Positions 1 to 8,090 of a DNA stretch of 32,000 nucleotides are shown here, piece after piece. Numbering within the stretch: the first letter of the stretch is position 1; each line of letters opens with the position of its first letter. The DNA comes from Trichlorobacter lovleyi SZ (lineage in GTDB: Bacteria > Desulfobacterota > Desulfuromonadia > Geobacterales > Pseudopelobacteraceae), in assembly GCF_000020385.1 (NCBI RefSeq), contig NC_010814.1, positions 2,580,001 to 2,612,000 of the forward strand. Reading direction: 5' to 3'. Under the pieces are notes generated by a model. It was not told where the DNA came from. It saw nothing but the letters and a program-made list of their open reading frames with translations, and ran no database searches. Both the position numbers and the translations under genes were made by a program.

Positions 1-830
1 AGGTCATCGCTAACCACATGGCAGCAGCGGGCAATCGCCTCCAGCATCCCCAGCGGCGGCTGTTCGCAAAAGCAGCCGCACAGCACCACCCTGATCTTGT
101 CCTGCTGTTGGCGCTGCCGCATGGCCAGCAGGGGCAGCACCCGCTCCAGCAGACGGTTATGCTCTCCGGGCGGCAGCAGGCTCCCCACAGCGGTCAGCAG
201 GTAGTATTCATCCAGCGCCAGCTTTCGGGGTTCACGGGATTTCAGGGCCTGCAGCTCACGCAGCAGCCTGCGATGACGGTTATAGACAGCGATTGAGCGC
301 CGCACCGCCTCCAGCTCCAGCGGTCTGCCGGTCACCTCGCTCACCACGGCGGCAAGGCCGGCGTACTCCTGCCGCAGATAGTTCTCAGCAGCGGGAGCGG
401 TACTGTTTTGCGGCAGGTAGAGCGTCCGGCAGGGGGTACTGAAATTGCGGGACCAGATGGCAGGCAGGTTACGGGCCGCATCACAGATGGAAGGGACAAT
501 CAACAGATCCAGGCTGAGATCGCCCCCCTCCACCAGATTAAAGACCTGCTTGACCACTGAACAGAGGTAGGAACCGAAATGGGCGCCACCCGCCCCGCCG
601 TTGCCGGTGGTACAGCCCAGCTTCACCGCCAGCATCCCGGCAGCATCGGCAATCTCTTCAGGCATGTAGACCTGAAAATGCCCCAGCACCCTGCCCCCCT
701 GCTCCTGCCAGAGCCGGAGCGTGGGGAAGGTTGCATCGCAGAGCAGCTCCCGGCAGGCATCAAGGATCTCTTCCAGGGATGCATCGCAGGGCAGGCTCTG
801 ACCGAAAAAGAGAGGGGCACGCAGGTCCAT
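1..830 (-). CDS. 2-hydroxyacyl-CoA dehydratase / benzoyl-CoA reductase-type subunit (HGD-D family), partial; C-terminus lies left of the window
   Basis: Absent from the ORF track because it runs off the edge. Hand translation of the minus strand from ATG 830-828 gives MDLRAPLFFGQSLPCDASLEEILDACRELL..GHFQVYMPEEIADAAGML..LLIVPSICDAARNLPAIW..RVVLCGCFCEQPPLGMLEAIARCCHVVSDD, open to position 1. There is an in-frame stop upstream at 909-911. The Cys-containing motifs resemble HgdB/FldC/BcrB-type subunits. Confidence 0.7.
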   Translation of the reverse strand, partial: MDLRAPLFFGQSLPCDASLEEILDACRELLCDATFPTLRLWQEQGGRVLGHFQVYMPEEIADAAGMLAVKLGCTTGNGGAGGAHFGSYLCSVVKQVFNLVEGGDLSLDLLIVPSICDAARNLPAIWSRNFSTPCRTLYLPQNSTAPAAENYLRQEYAGLAAVVSEVTGRPLELEAVRRSIAVYNRHRRLLRELQALKSREPRKLALDEYYLLTAVGSLLPPGEHNRLLERVLPLLAMRQRQQQDKIRVVLCGCFCEQPPLGMLEAIARCCHVVSDD

Positions 831-867
831 GGGCGAGCCATAGCACTCTTGAGCGGCAGGGTCAAAC

Positions 868-898
868 AGAAACCTGCCGGTTGCACTTTCAGGTTTCT
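868..898. promoter_or_regulatory. inverted repeat AGAAACCTG-N13-CAGGTTTCT in the divergent intergenic region
   Basis: The 9-bp arms at 868-876 and 890-898 are exact reverse complements. They lie between the divergent starts at 830 (-) and 959 (+). Candidate operator or 5'-UTR hairpin; function not demonstrable from sequence. Confidence 0.3.
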
Positions 899-958
899 TT
901 GCTATGATTCAAGCACCATTCAGGGCGTAGCACCCCACACTGTAAAGGAGAACACACC

Positions 959-1195
959 ATGGCCGCGACCGTAGATGAGATGAAAGAGCTGATGCTGCAG
1001 ATCGGGATGGACAAAGAACTGGTAGCCGGGCTTGACCCTGTTGCGCCGTTGGCAGGACAGGGGGTTGATTCAGTGGACTGCCCCGCCTTTGCGGTGGCAC
1101 TGGAAAACAGGTACAAGGTCAAGATATCCGACTCCGATTCCATGCAACTGAGGGCCATCAACGACTTTGTCGCCTTTGTGAACCGGACGGCATGA
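959..1195 (+). CDS. acyl carrier protein (ACP-1)
   Basis: 78 aa, acidic, with phosphopantetheine-attachment-like motif GQGVDSVDCPAF. AAGGAG RBS upstream. Its stop overlaps the next start (ATGA at 1192-1195). Confidence 0.8.
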   Translation: MAATVDEMKELMLQIGMDKELVAGLDPVAPLAGQGVDSVDCPAFAVALENRYKVKISDSDSMQLRAINDFVAFVNRTA

Positions 1196-2241
1196 CCCTG
1201 CGACAGGAAGCGATCAGGCGACTGGCAGCGGACAGCCGTCCGCTGCCGGAGACCGAGCCGTTCTCGACACGACTGTATCAGCCGGAAGACGGCTACGGGG
1301 TAACACGGCTGTTCTATGCCGTATATGGCGACGGCTATCCGGTCGACACCTTCTACCTGCCGGAACAGCTGACCGAAGAAAACCGGGCCGGCCGGATCAG
1401 GAGTGTCGTGGCCCGGACTGAGGACGGCCAGGTGGTCTCGCACATCGCCTTGTACCGCAGCTCTGCCCCCAACCCGGACCTGTATGAGTACGGCCTGGGG
1501 CTCACCCTGCCCGCCTACCGTGCCAGCCTTGCCTTTGCCCGCTGCAACAGCCTGTTGCTGTCACTGGTGGAAGATGGCGTTGTAGACTCTTTTTTTGGCG
1601 AGGCGGTCTGCAACCACATCATCACCCAGAAGCTTACCAGACAGAGCGGTGCCATAGAGACTGCGCTTGAAGCGGCACTGATGCCGGCCCGTGCCTACGA
1701 GGCAGAGCAGAGCGCAGACGGCAGGGTCGGCTGCATCATGTCATTCAAGGTCTGCCGTGACCGGATCCGGCCCCTCTGCATTCCCTCCTGTTACCACCAG
1801 GAACTGACATTCGCCATGGAGGGACTGAAGCTTGGGCGTGAACTGATTCCTGACAACGGCCAGCTCTCAGACGAGGGCTCACAGTTTGACACCGTCCGGT
1901 TTGACCATGCCGGTGTTGCCCGTTGTACCATCACCGCCCCGGGCAGAGACCTTGTCCCGCGGCTGTTGTCACTTGAAACAGAACTCCGGCAGGCCGGGTA
2001 TGCCGTGTTGCAGTGCTTTATTCCGCTGGGTGACAGCCGGGGCGCCGCAGCCGCCACCCTGCTGCAACAGGCCGGTTTTTTTCTGGGCGGTTTTCTGCCG
2101 GCCTGGTTTGGCGAGGATGGCCTGCTGATGCAAAAGCTGTTTATTGATCCCGGCTTTGAATCTCTGAAGCTGCATTCGGATCGGGCCCGCACGCTTGCCG
2201 CACTGGTGCGGAACGACTGGCAGCGCAGCCTGGAAGGATAG
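1192..2241 (+). CDS. two-domain GNAT-like acyltransferase, paralogue A
   Basis: 349 aa. N-terminal GNAT-like pattern YQPEDGYGVTRLFYAVYGDGYP..VVARTEDGQVVSHIAL..EYGLGLTLPAYR, central FGEAVCNHIITQK, C-terminal AGFFLGGFLPAWFGEDGLLMQKLF. By eye more than half of the residues are identical to the ORF at 4699-5802. Confidence 0.55.
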   Translation: MTLRQEAIRRLAADSRPLPETEPFSTRLYQPEDGYGVTRLFYAVYGDGYPVDTFYLPEQLTEENRAGRIRSVVARTEDGQVVSHIALYRSSAPNPDLYEYGLGLTLPAYRASLAFARCNSLLLSLVEDGVVDSFFGEAVCNHIITQKLTRQSGAIETALEAALMPARAYEAEQSADGRVGCIMSFKVCRDRIRPLCIPSCYHQELTFAMEGLKLGRELIPDNGQLSDEGSQFDTVRFDHAGVARCTITAPGRDLVPRLLSLETELRQAGYAVLQCFIPLGDSRGAAAATLLQQAGFFLGGFLPAWFGEDGLLMQKLFIDPGFESLKLHSDRARTLAALVRNDWQRSLEG

Positions 2242-2245
2242 TACG

Positions 2246-3526
2246 ATGGAACTGAGACTGGAGCTTGAACCGGCACGGATGCCGATGGCGGTCGCCTTTG
2301 CAGAAACTGCGGCACAGGGGGCCGGACTGGGCAGCCATGAGACCGCCATGCTGGCGCTCAGTGCCGAAGAGCTGTTCCTTGCACTCTGCAGCAGCATGCC
2401 CGGCGCTGAGCTGGTGGTCGGCTTTCTTGACCGGCGCTATGCGGTTGATCTGCTGTTCCAGATCCCCCGGCCACCGGCTGATCTGCGCATCTTCAACATC
2501 ACGGCCCGACCGGACCATGATTCCGAGGAAGGGCTGGCCGGCATGGGACTCTATCTGGCATCACGGGCCTGTGACCAGTTCAGTATCCAGCAACTAGCGT
2601 CAGGCAGCTGGAAGATCATGCTGCGCAAGGAGCGGAGCTACCCGCCCCATCCCGCTGCGCCGCTAACCGCACATGGAGAGGCCGTTGCATGGCAGATTGC
2701 CGCCGTGCCGGCACCGGATGCGGTCAAGCAGCTCTCAACACTGATCGGCAACAGCTATGCCGCCCTCCAGTTTCCCGAGACCTTCACCCCGCCGGGGCGG
2801 CTGCTGGACAAACTGGCCAGCAAGGAATACGGCGTCATCCTGGCACAGGACCCGCAGGGAGAACTGGCCGGCGGCCTGATCTGGCGTACCGGTGGCGGCA
2901 AGGTGGTGGAATGCTTCGGCCCCTACCTGCGCAGTCCTGCTACGGACGGCACCCTGGCAACAGCACTCTGCGAAAAGGTCGCCGAACAGTTCGGCCGCAG
3001 CGACCGGCTCGGCCTGGTGCTCTACGCCCCCCAGCAACCGCCCTCCACCGCCGGCTTCGAGGCTGCCGGACAGCTTGAGACACCCGGCGGCACGGTCTGG
3101 ACCGGCTACCGGATGCTGGCCGAGGAGTTTGGCGCCGACGCCTGGGTCCCGCAGGAGCTGCTGCCATTCTATCAGGAATGCTGCGCCGGCATGGTCCTGA
3201 CACGAAATATCCGTGCCTGCCAAGATGACGGCGAAACCGGCAACGGACTGACCCTGTTCGCTACCCGCATTGACCGTTCAAACGGCATGGCCCTGCTGAC
3301 GCCGCTTCTGGTGGGGCGCGATGCAGCAGACGTACTGCAGGAGCACCTGCAGCTGCTTGAGCAGGAGCAGTTTTCCGCCATCTACTGCACCCTGGACACC
3401 GGGCACCCGTTTGACGCCCTGCTTGCCCCCCACCTGTTGAGCCACGGGTTCCTGCCCCGGATTCTGGTCCCCTGGGGCGGCAGCGGTGACCTGATACAGC
3501 TGCACCGGATCAGGGGCAGCCGATGA
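2246..3526 (+). CDS. fusion: RsbW/SpoIIAB-like (HATPase-like) N-terminal module plus GNAT-like module (paralogue D)
   Basis: Start moved to ATG 2246 (MELRLELEP..), which has GGAAGGA 8 nt upstream; the 2195 start would overlap the previous gene. The N-terminal ~130 aa (AVAFAETAAQGAGL, ALSAEELFLAL, EEGLAGMGLYLASRACDQFSI) resembles anti-sigma serine-kinase folds but lacks an obvious N-box Asn. The C-terminal part repeats the paralogue architecture and ends HGFLPRILVPWGGSGDLIQLHRI. Confidence 0.45.
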   Translation: MELRLELEPARMPMAVAFAETAAQGAGLGSHETAMLALSAEELFLALCSSMPGAELVVGFLDRRYAVDLLFQIPRPPADLRIFNITARPDHDSEEGLAGMGLYLASRACDQFSIQQLASGSWKIMLRKERSYPPHPAAPLTAHGEAVAWQIAAVPAPDAVKQLSTLIGNSYAALQFPETFTPPGRLLDKLASKEYGVILAQDPQGELAGGLIWRTGGGKVVECFGPYLRSPATDGTLATALCEKVAEQFGRSDRLGLVLYAPQQPPSTAGFEAAGQLETPGGTVWTGYRMLAEEFGADAWVPQELLPFYQECCAGMVLTRNIRACQDDGETGNGLTLFATRIDRSNGMALLTPLLVGRDAADVLQEHLQLLEQEQFSAIYCTLDTGHPFDALLAPHLLSHGFLPRILVPWGGSGDLIQLHRIRGSR

Positions 3527-4692
3527 ATCTGGATACGCTGATGCCGCAGTATGTGCGGCAGTTTGAGACCTACATCCCCTCACCACCGGATGACGAGTTG
3601 AAACGGATGTTCGGGATCGAACGCCTGATCCGTCTGAACAATAACGAGAATCCGCTGGGACCACCCCCGGCAGTGGCCGCATTGCTGCGCAGCCTTGACC
3701 CGGCCCTGGTGCCCCGTTATCCCAGCGGTGACTGCTTTCACCTGCGTGAAAAGCTGGCCGCCCAGCTGGGGCTTACCCCCAAGCAGCTGCTCTTCGGCAA
3801 TGGCGCCAACGAGGTAATTGCCTTCGTGATCAAGGCCTTTTGCGAACAGGGCGACAACATCGTCACCGCCGACCGCACCTTTGCCGTCTATGAGTGGATT
3901 GCCCGTTTTTCCGGTCTGGAAGCCAGGCTTGCGCCGCTGAACGACTTCGGTTTTGATGAAGAGGCGCTGCTTGCACAGGTGGATCGCCGCACCAAGCTGG
4001 TCTTCATCTGCAACCCCAACAACCCCACCGGCAGCTGGTGGAGCCGTGACCGGTTGATCAGTTTTCTGGAACGGTTGGGCCCCGATCACCTGGTGGTACT
4101 GGACGAGGCCTATTGCGAATTCATGGATCAGCCCGACTACCCTGACGGCATCTCGCTCCTGTCCCGTTTTTCCAACCTGATCATATTCCGCACCTTCTCG
4201 AAGATGTACGGTCTGGCAGGCTTACGGATCGGCTACCTGGCAGGGGTGGAGCAGGTGGTGGACAGTATCCGCAAGACCTGCATTGTCTACTCGGTCAACA
4301 GCATTGCCCAGGTGGCGGCCCTGGCCGCCTTTGGCGATCAGGAGTTTATCCGCGCAACCCGCAGTATGGTGCGGGAAGGGCAGCAGATGCTGGCAGAGCT
4401 GTGCAGCACCCTGCAACTGCCGTTGCTGGCCGGTGACTGCAACTTTGCCATGATCAGGCTGCCGTTCAGCGACACCCTGGCCTACCGTTCGCTGATGCAA
4501 CAGGGGGTCATGATCCGCACCATGACCGCCTTCCGCTTTCCCGGCTGGATCCGGGTCAGCATCTCCACCCGTGACGAGATGCGGCTGTTCTGTGAGGCCC
4601 TGTCGCGGCTGGTTCACTCACGCACTGACCGGAACCCGCTGGCCAGGGCCTACGGCGTCAGCGGCTCCATGCCGCACATTTCGGCGGTTTAA
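3523..4692 (+). CDS. PLP-dependent class I/II aminotransferase, histidinol-phosphate/aromatic aminotransferase (HisC) family
   Basis: 389 aa with NNNENPLGPP, CNPNNPTG and the PLP-lysine motif FSKMYGLAGLRIGY. ATGA overlap with the previous gene. Confidence 0.85.
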   Translation: MNLDTLMPQYVRQFETYIPSPPDDELKRMFGIERLIRLNNNENPLGPPPAVAALLRSLDPALVPRYPSGDCFHLREKLAAQLGLTPKQLLFGNGANEVIAFVIKAFCEQGDNIVTADRTFAVYEWIARFSGLEARLAPLNDFGFDEEALLAQVDRRTKLVFICNPNNPTGSWWSRDRLISFLERLGPDHLVVLDEAYCEFMDQPDYPDGISLLSRFSNLIIFRTFSKMYGLAGLRIGYLAGVEQVVDSIRKTCIVYSVNSIAQVAALAAFGDQEFIRATRSMVREGQQMLAELCSTLQLPLLAGDCNFAMIRLPFSDTLAYRSLMQQGVMIRTMTAFRFPGWIRVSISTRDEMRLFCEALSRLVHSRTDRNPLARAYGVSGSMPHISAV

Positions 4693-4698
4693 CTCCCT

Positions 4699-5802
4699 AT
4701 GGAGATGACGCATGCCAAACAGGCCGCCCCCGCTGCAGCGGCAATGACGACCAGGGAGGCGGCGATCAGGCTGTTGGAAGGGGATACCCGGCCCTGGGCT
4801 GAGGGAGAACCGTTCACGGTACGCTTTTATCAGCCAGAGGACGGCTATGGCGTGGCCCGCCTGATCTACGCCGTGTATGGAAACGGCTACCCGATCGATA
4901 CCTTCTACATCCCTGAACAGTTGACTGAAGAAAACCGGGCCGGCCGGATCAAAAGTGTGGTTGCCCGCACCAGCAGCGGAGAGGTGATCTGCCATTTCTC
5001 GCTCCACCGCAGCTCCGCCCCCAATCCCGACATGTATGAAGCAGGCCTGGGGCTGACCCATCCGGCCTATCGAGCCTGCGGAGCCTTTGAACGCTGCTTC
5101 ACGCTGTTGTTCTCGCTGGTTGAAAACAATAGCGTCACGGCAATTTTCGGCGAGGCGGTCTGCAATCACACCATCACGCAGAAGATGGCTGAACCGGCAA
5201 AACTCGTCGAAACGGCCCTTGAAGTCGATCTGATGCCTGCCGACACCTATGCCAAAGAACGGGCTTCAGATGGCAGGGTCAGTTGTCTGATGTACTTCAG
5301 AATCGGTGCAGATCAACGGCGGCCGCTCTACATACCGGACTGTTATGCTGCTGAGATCAGGTTCATGATGGAAGGGATCACGCTTGAACGTGAGCTGCTC
5401 GGCAGCAGCGGGTCACAGCCCCTGCCTGCAGACTCAGAGCTGCAGACAGAGTCCTTCAGCTCGTCCGGCGTCTGCCGCTGCAGCATCATCAGACCGGGAC
5501 AGGATCTTGCCGGACGCCTTGCGGCACTGGAAGACGACCTTCGTTCCCGGGGGTATGCGCTGCTGGAGTGTTTTGTGCCGCTCGGCGTCCCGGAAGCGGC
5601 ATATTCCGTTGCGGCCCTGCGCACGGCCGGATTTTTTCTGGGTGGTTTTTTACCGTGCTGGTTCGGCGACGACGGCCTGTTGATGCTGAAGCTGTTCGGA
5701 ACAGCGGGCTTTGACAGCATCAAGCTCTTTTCTGAGCGGGGAAAGGCGATTATGGCGATGGTACGGGCGGACTGGGCACGGGCCTGCGGTCACGGCCGGT
5801 AG
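4699..5802 (+). CDS. two-domain GNAT-like acyltransferase, paralogue B
   Basis: Motifs YQPEDGYGVARLIYAVYGNGYP, FGEAVCNHTITQK, AGFFLGGFLPCWFGDDGLLMLKLF. The alternative start at 4744 (MTTREAAIRLL) aligns with the N-terminus of paralogue A (MTLRQEAIRRL). Confidence 0.55.
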   Translation: MEMTHAKQAAPAAAAMTTREAAIRLLEGDTRPWAEGEPFTVRFYQPEDGYGVARLIYAVYGNGYPIDTFYIPEQLTEENRAGRIKSVVARTSSGEVICHFSLHRSSAPNPDMYEAGLGLTHPAYRACGAFERCFTLLFSLVENNSVTAIFGEAVCNHTITQKMAEPAKLVETALEVDLMPADTYAKERASDGRVSCLMYFRIGADQRRPLYIPDCYAAEIRFMMEGITLERELLGSSGSQPLPADSELQTESFSSSGVCRCSIIRPGQDLAGRLAALEDDLRSRGYALLECFVPLGVPEAAYSVAALRTAGFFLGGFLPCWFGDDGLLMLKLFGTAGFDSIKLFSERGKAIMAMVRADWARACGHGR

Positions 5803-6668
5803 TCGTAGACCCCCTGCCCGCTCTTTCTCCCCAGCCGTCCCCTGGCAACATAGTCCCGCAGCAGCGGGGAGGCGGCATATTTGTGGTTGTCGATACCGTT
5901 TGCCAGGGTCTCCGTCGCCGCCAGAATCACATCAAGCCCGATCATATCGGCCAGGGCCAGCGGCCCCATCGGATGGTGGGCCCCCAGCTGCATGGCCGTA
6001 TCAATATCCTCAGCAGCGGCAATACCGTCCTGCAGCATACCGAACGCCTCGTTGATCAGGACACAAAGCAGCCGGGTGATGATAAAGCCGGGCTGGTCCT
6101 TGCTGCAGACCGACTGCTTGCCCAGGGCAGTCACCATCTGCCGGGCAATGTCGATGGTCCGGGGCGATGTCTCTGATCCGGCAATCAGCTCAACCAGCTC
6201 CATCAACGGCACCGGATTCATGAAATGCATACCGATGAACCGTTGCGGGATGCCTGAAGCGGCTCCCAGGGCGGTGATGGAGAGGCTGCTGGTACTGCTG
6301 GCCAGGATCGCCTCTTTGCCCAATACAGCTCCAAGTTCCGCAAGCAGCTCACACTTGGCTGCCATCTGCTCGGCAATCGCCTCGATCACCAGATCACAAT
6401 CAGACAGAGCAACAGGCTCATGACAATTGCTGATTCTGGCACGGATCACGGTTGGTTCCTCGCCGATCAGCCCCTTTTCATGCAGCTTGGCAAGGCTGGT
6501 CTCGATCCTCCCCGCGGCATCAGCAAGGGCTGACGCATGCCGGGCATACAGCCGTACCCTGAAACCTGCCATTGCAGCCAGTTGCGCAATGCCGGCCCCC
6601 ATACTGCCTGCCCCTGCCACACCGATCAGCGGTATCTCCCTGTTCATGACCATCTCCCGGAGCAGCAT
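5790..6668 (-). CDS. NAD-dependent 3-hydroxyacyl-CoA dehydrogenase (Hbd/FadB-like)
   Basis: Rossmann motif IGVAGAGSMGAGIAQ and HFMNPVPLMELVELI. A likelier start is ATG 6647 (MNREIP..), preceded by GGGAG. The 3' end overlaps the convergent gene by 13 nt. Confidence 0.85.
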   Translation of the reverse strand: MLLREMVMNREIPLIGVAGAGSMGAGIAQLAAMAGFRVRLYARHASALADAAGRIETSLAKLHEKGLIGEEPTVIRARISNCHEPVALSDCDLVIEAIAEQMAAKCELLAELGAVLGKEAILASSTSSLSITALGAASGIPQRFIGMHFMNPVPLMELVELIAGSETSPRTIDIARQMVTALGKQSVCSKDQPGFIITRLLCVLINEAFGMLQDGIAAAEDIDTAMQLGAHHPMGPLALADMIGLDVILAATETLANGIDNHKYAASPLLRDYVARGRLGRKSGQGVYDYRP

Positions 6669-6751
6669 TGCATTTTGGCACTGCTGCTGTATGCTGTCAG
6701 TTGCATGGCGTTTCGGCCGGCATTACCATTTCAATACCTCTGGGGAGCTCG

Positions 6752-7705
6752 ATGGACTACTCGCTCAAGAACGTCAGGATCGCCGGAACCGGTTCCGCAG
6801 TACCGGCAAGGATCGTTACCAATCAGGATATCAGCAACATGGGTGTGCCGGTCAAGGATGACTGGATCATTGAGAACCTTGGTATCCGGCAACGCCATAT
6901 CGCTGACAACGAAAGCACCACAGATCTGGCCACCCGGGCCGCCCTTGCGGCCATGGAAAACGCAGGGATCGACAGGGAAGAGATCAGCCTGATCCTGTTG
7001 GCCACCATTACCCCGGATCGCAAGGCCCCATCCACGGCCTGTCTGGTCAAACACCGGCTGGGGATGACCAACCTGGCCCCGGCCCTTGATATCTCAGCCG
7101 CCTGCTCCGGGTTCATGTACGGCCTGACCATTGCCGGCAACCTGATCCGTTCCGGGGTGCACAAGAATGCGCTGGTCATCTGTTGTGACCGGATGTCCAG
7201 CATCACTGACTGGTCACGCCGGGACTGCATTTTCTTCGGCGATGGCGCGGCAGCGGTCGTGCTGACCGAAAGCCGCTACGAAAACAGCCTGTTTGAGGCC
7301 AGGATCTTCTCAAACACCGAGTTTACCGACGGCGCAACGGTCTTTGAGGGAGACAGCGCCTTTACCATGGACGGCCATGCCGTGTACGAGGCCGCCTCCT
7401 CGGTGCTGCCCGGCTCGATTGTCTCGGTCCTGCTGCGTTGCGGCCTGAGCGAAGAGGATCTCACCTGGGTCATTCCCCACCAGCCCTCCATCAAGATCCT
7501 GAAAAAAATGGCGGAACAGCTGGGCATCCCGTTTGAGAAGGTCTGCCACAACATGGAGCGCTACGCCAACACCTCCGGGGTCTCGATTCCGCTGCTGCTG
7601 GATGAGGTCAACCGTGCCGGCAAACTGAAAAAGGATGACCTGGTCGCCTTTGCCGGTGTGGGAGCGGGTTGGACCTTCGGGGCAGCGATCTACCGCTGGC
7701 ACTGA
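6752..7705 (+). CDS. 3-oxoacyl-ACP synthase III (KAS III, FabH family), copy 2
   Basis: Start moved to ATG 6752 (MDYSLKNVRIAGTGSAVP), which has GGGGAG upstream. Catalytic triad motifs DISAACSGFMYGL, IPHQPS and YANTSGVSIP, with C-terminal GVGAGWTFGAAIYRW. Confidence 0.85.
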   Translation: MDYSLKNVRIAGTGSAVPARIVTNQDISNMGVPVKDDWIIENLGIRQRHIADNESTTDLATRAALAAMENAGIDREEISLILLATITPDRKAPSTACLVKHRLGMTNLAPALDISAACSGFMYGLTIAGNLIRSGVHKNALVICCDRMSSITDWSRRDCIFFGDGAAAVVLTESRYENSLFEARIFSNTEFTDGATVFEGDSAFTMDGHAVYEAASSVLPGSIVSVLLRCGLSEEDLTWVIPHQPSIKILKKMAEQLGIPFEKVCHNMERYANTSGVSIPLLLDEVNRAGKLKKDDLVAFAGVGAGWTFGAAIYRWH

Positions 7706-7718
7706 CAACCGTTCCAGA

Positions 7719-8057
7719 TCAGGCGGAAAGCGCTGCCAGCCCCTCATCAAGACCTTCATACAGTGCCACAAACTGGTTAAAACCGGCTATCTTGAACAGG
7801 TCTCTGACCGGCCCTGTCATGGCGCAGGCCGCAAGCCTGCCGCCACGTGCCTCAAGCAACTTGCAGATCTTCAGAATACTGCGCAATCCGGCACTGGTGA
7901 TATAGGTCAGAGCACTCATCTCCAGCAGGTAGGAGCGGCACTCCGGTTTATCCTGTCCGGCAAACCAGAGGTCAAAAAGCGGCGCAGCCCCGGAATCCAG
8001 CCGTCCGGTCAGGCTGATCACAGCGACATCACCTTCAAATCTGATTGTAGATTCCAT
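7719..8057 (-). CDS. STAS-domain protein (anti-sigma-factor antagonist family)
   Basis: 112 aa, ..VAVISLTGRLDSGAAP..LTYITSAGLRSILKICKLL.. Typical SpoIIAA/RsbV-like pattern including the conserved Ser. Confidence 0.85.
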   Translation of the reverse strand: MESTIRFEGDVAVISLTGRLDSGAAPLFDLWFAGQDKPECRSYLLEMSALTYITSAGLRSILKICKLLEARGGRLAACAMTGPVRDLFKIAGFNQFVALYEGLDEGLAALSA

Positions 8058-8090
8058 GTTTCAGCACCTCTCGGTATGCTTGGTAGTGAT

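Noticed and set aside
18-974. Plus-strand ORFs 18-296 and 579-974, and minus-strand ORFs 623-886 and 889-1443
   Set aside because: They overlap or run antisense to the partial HGD-family gene (1-830, minus) or the ACP-1/paralogue A genes, and they have arginine/proline/glutamine-rich nonsense-like composition.
2195-2245. Longer N-terminal extensions offered by the ORF track (2195, 6668, 11590, 13591, 14873, 17333, 19514, 29634, 30345)
   Set aside because: Each extension overlaps the upstream gene or an intergenic promoter region and adds non-homologous residues. Internal ATGs with good RBSs, or alignment to paralogues, fit better. Some track starts are GTG rather than ATG (for example 11590 and 20937).
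6674-6690. Sigma-54-like element TGGCAC-N5-CTGTA upstream of fabH copy 2
   Set aside because: The -24 half is perfect, but the -12 position reads GT instead of the near-invariant GC. Without that I do not call it a sigma-54 promoter. It would be worth a PWM scan.
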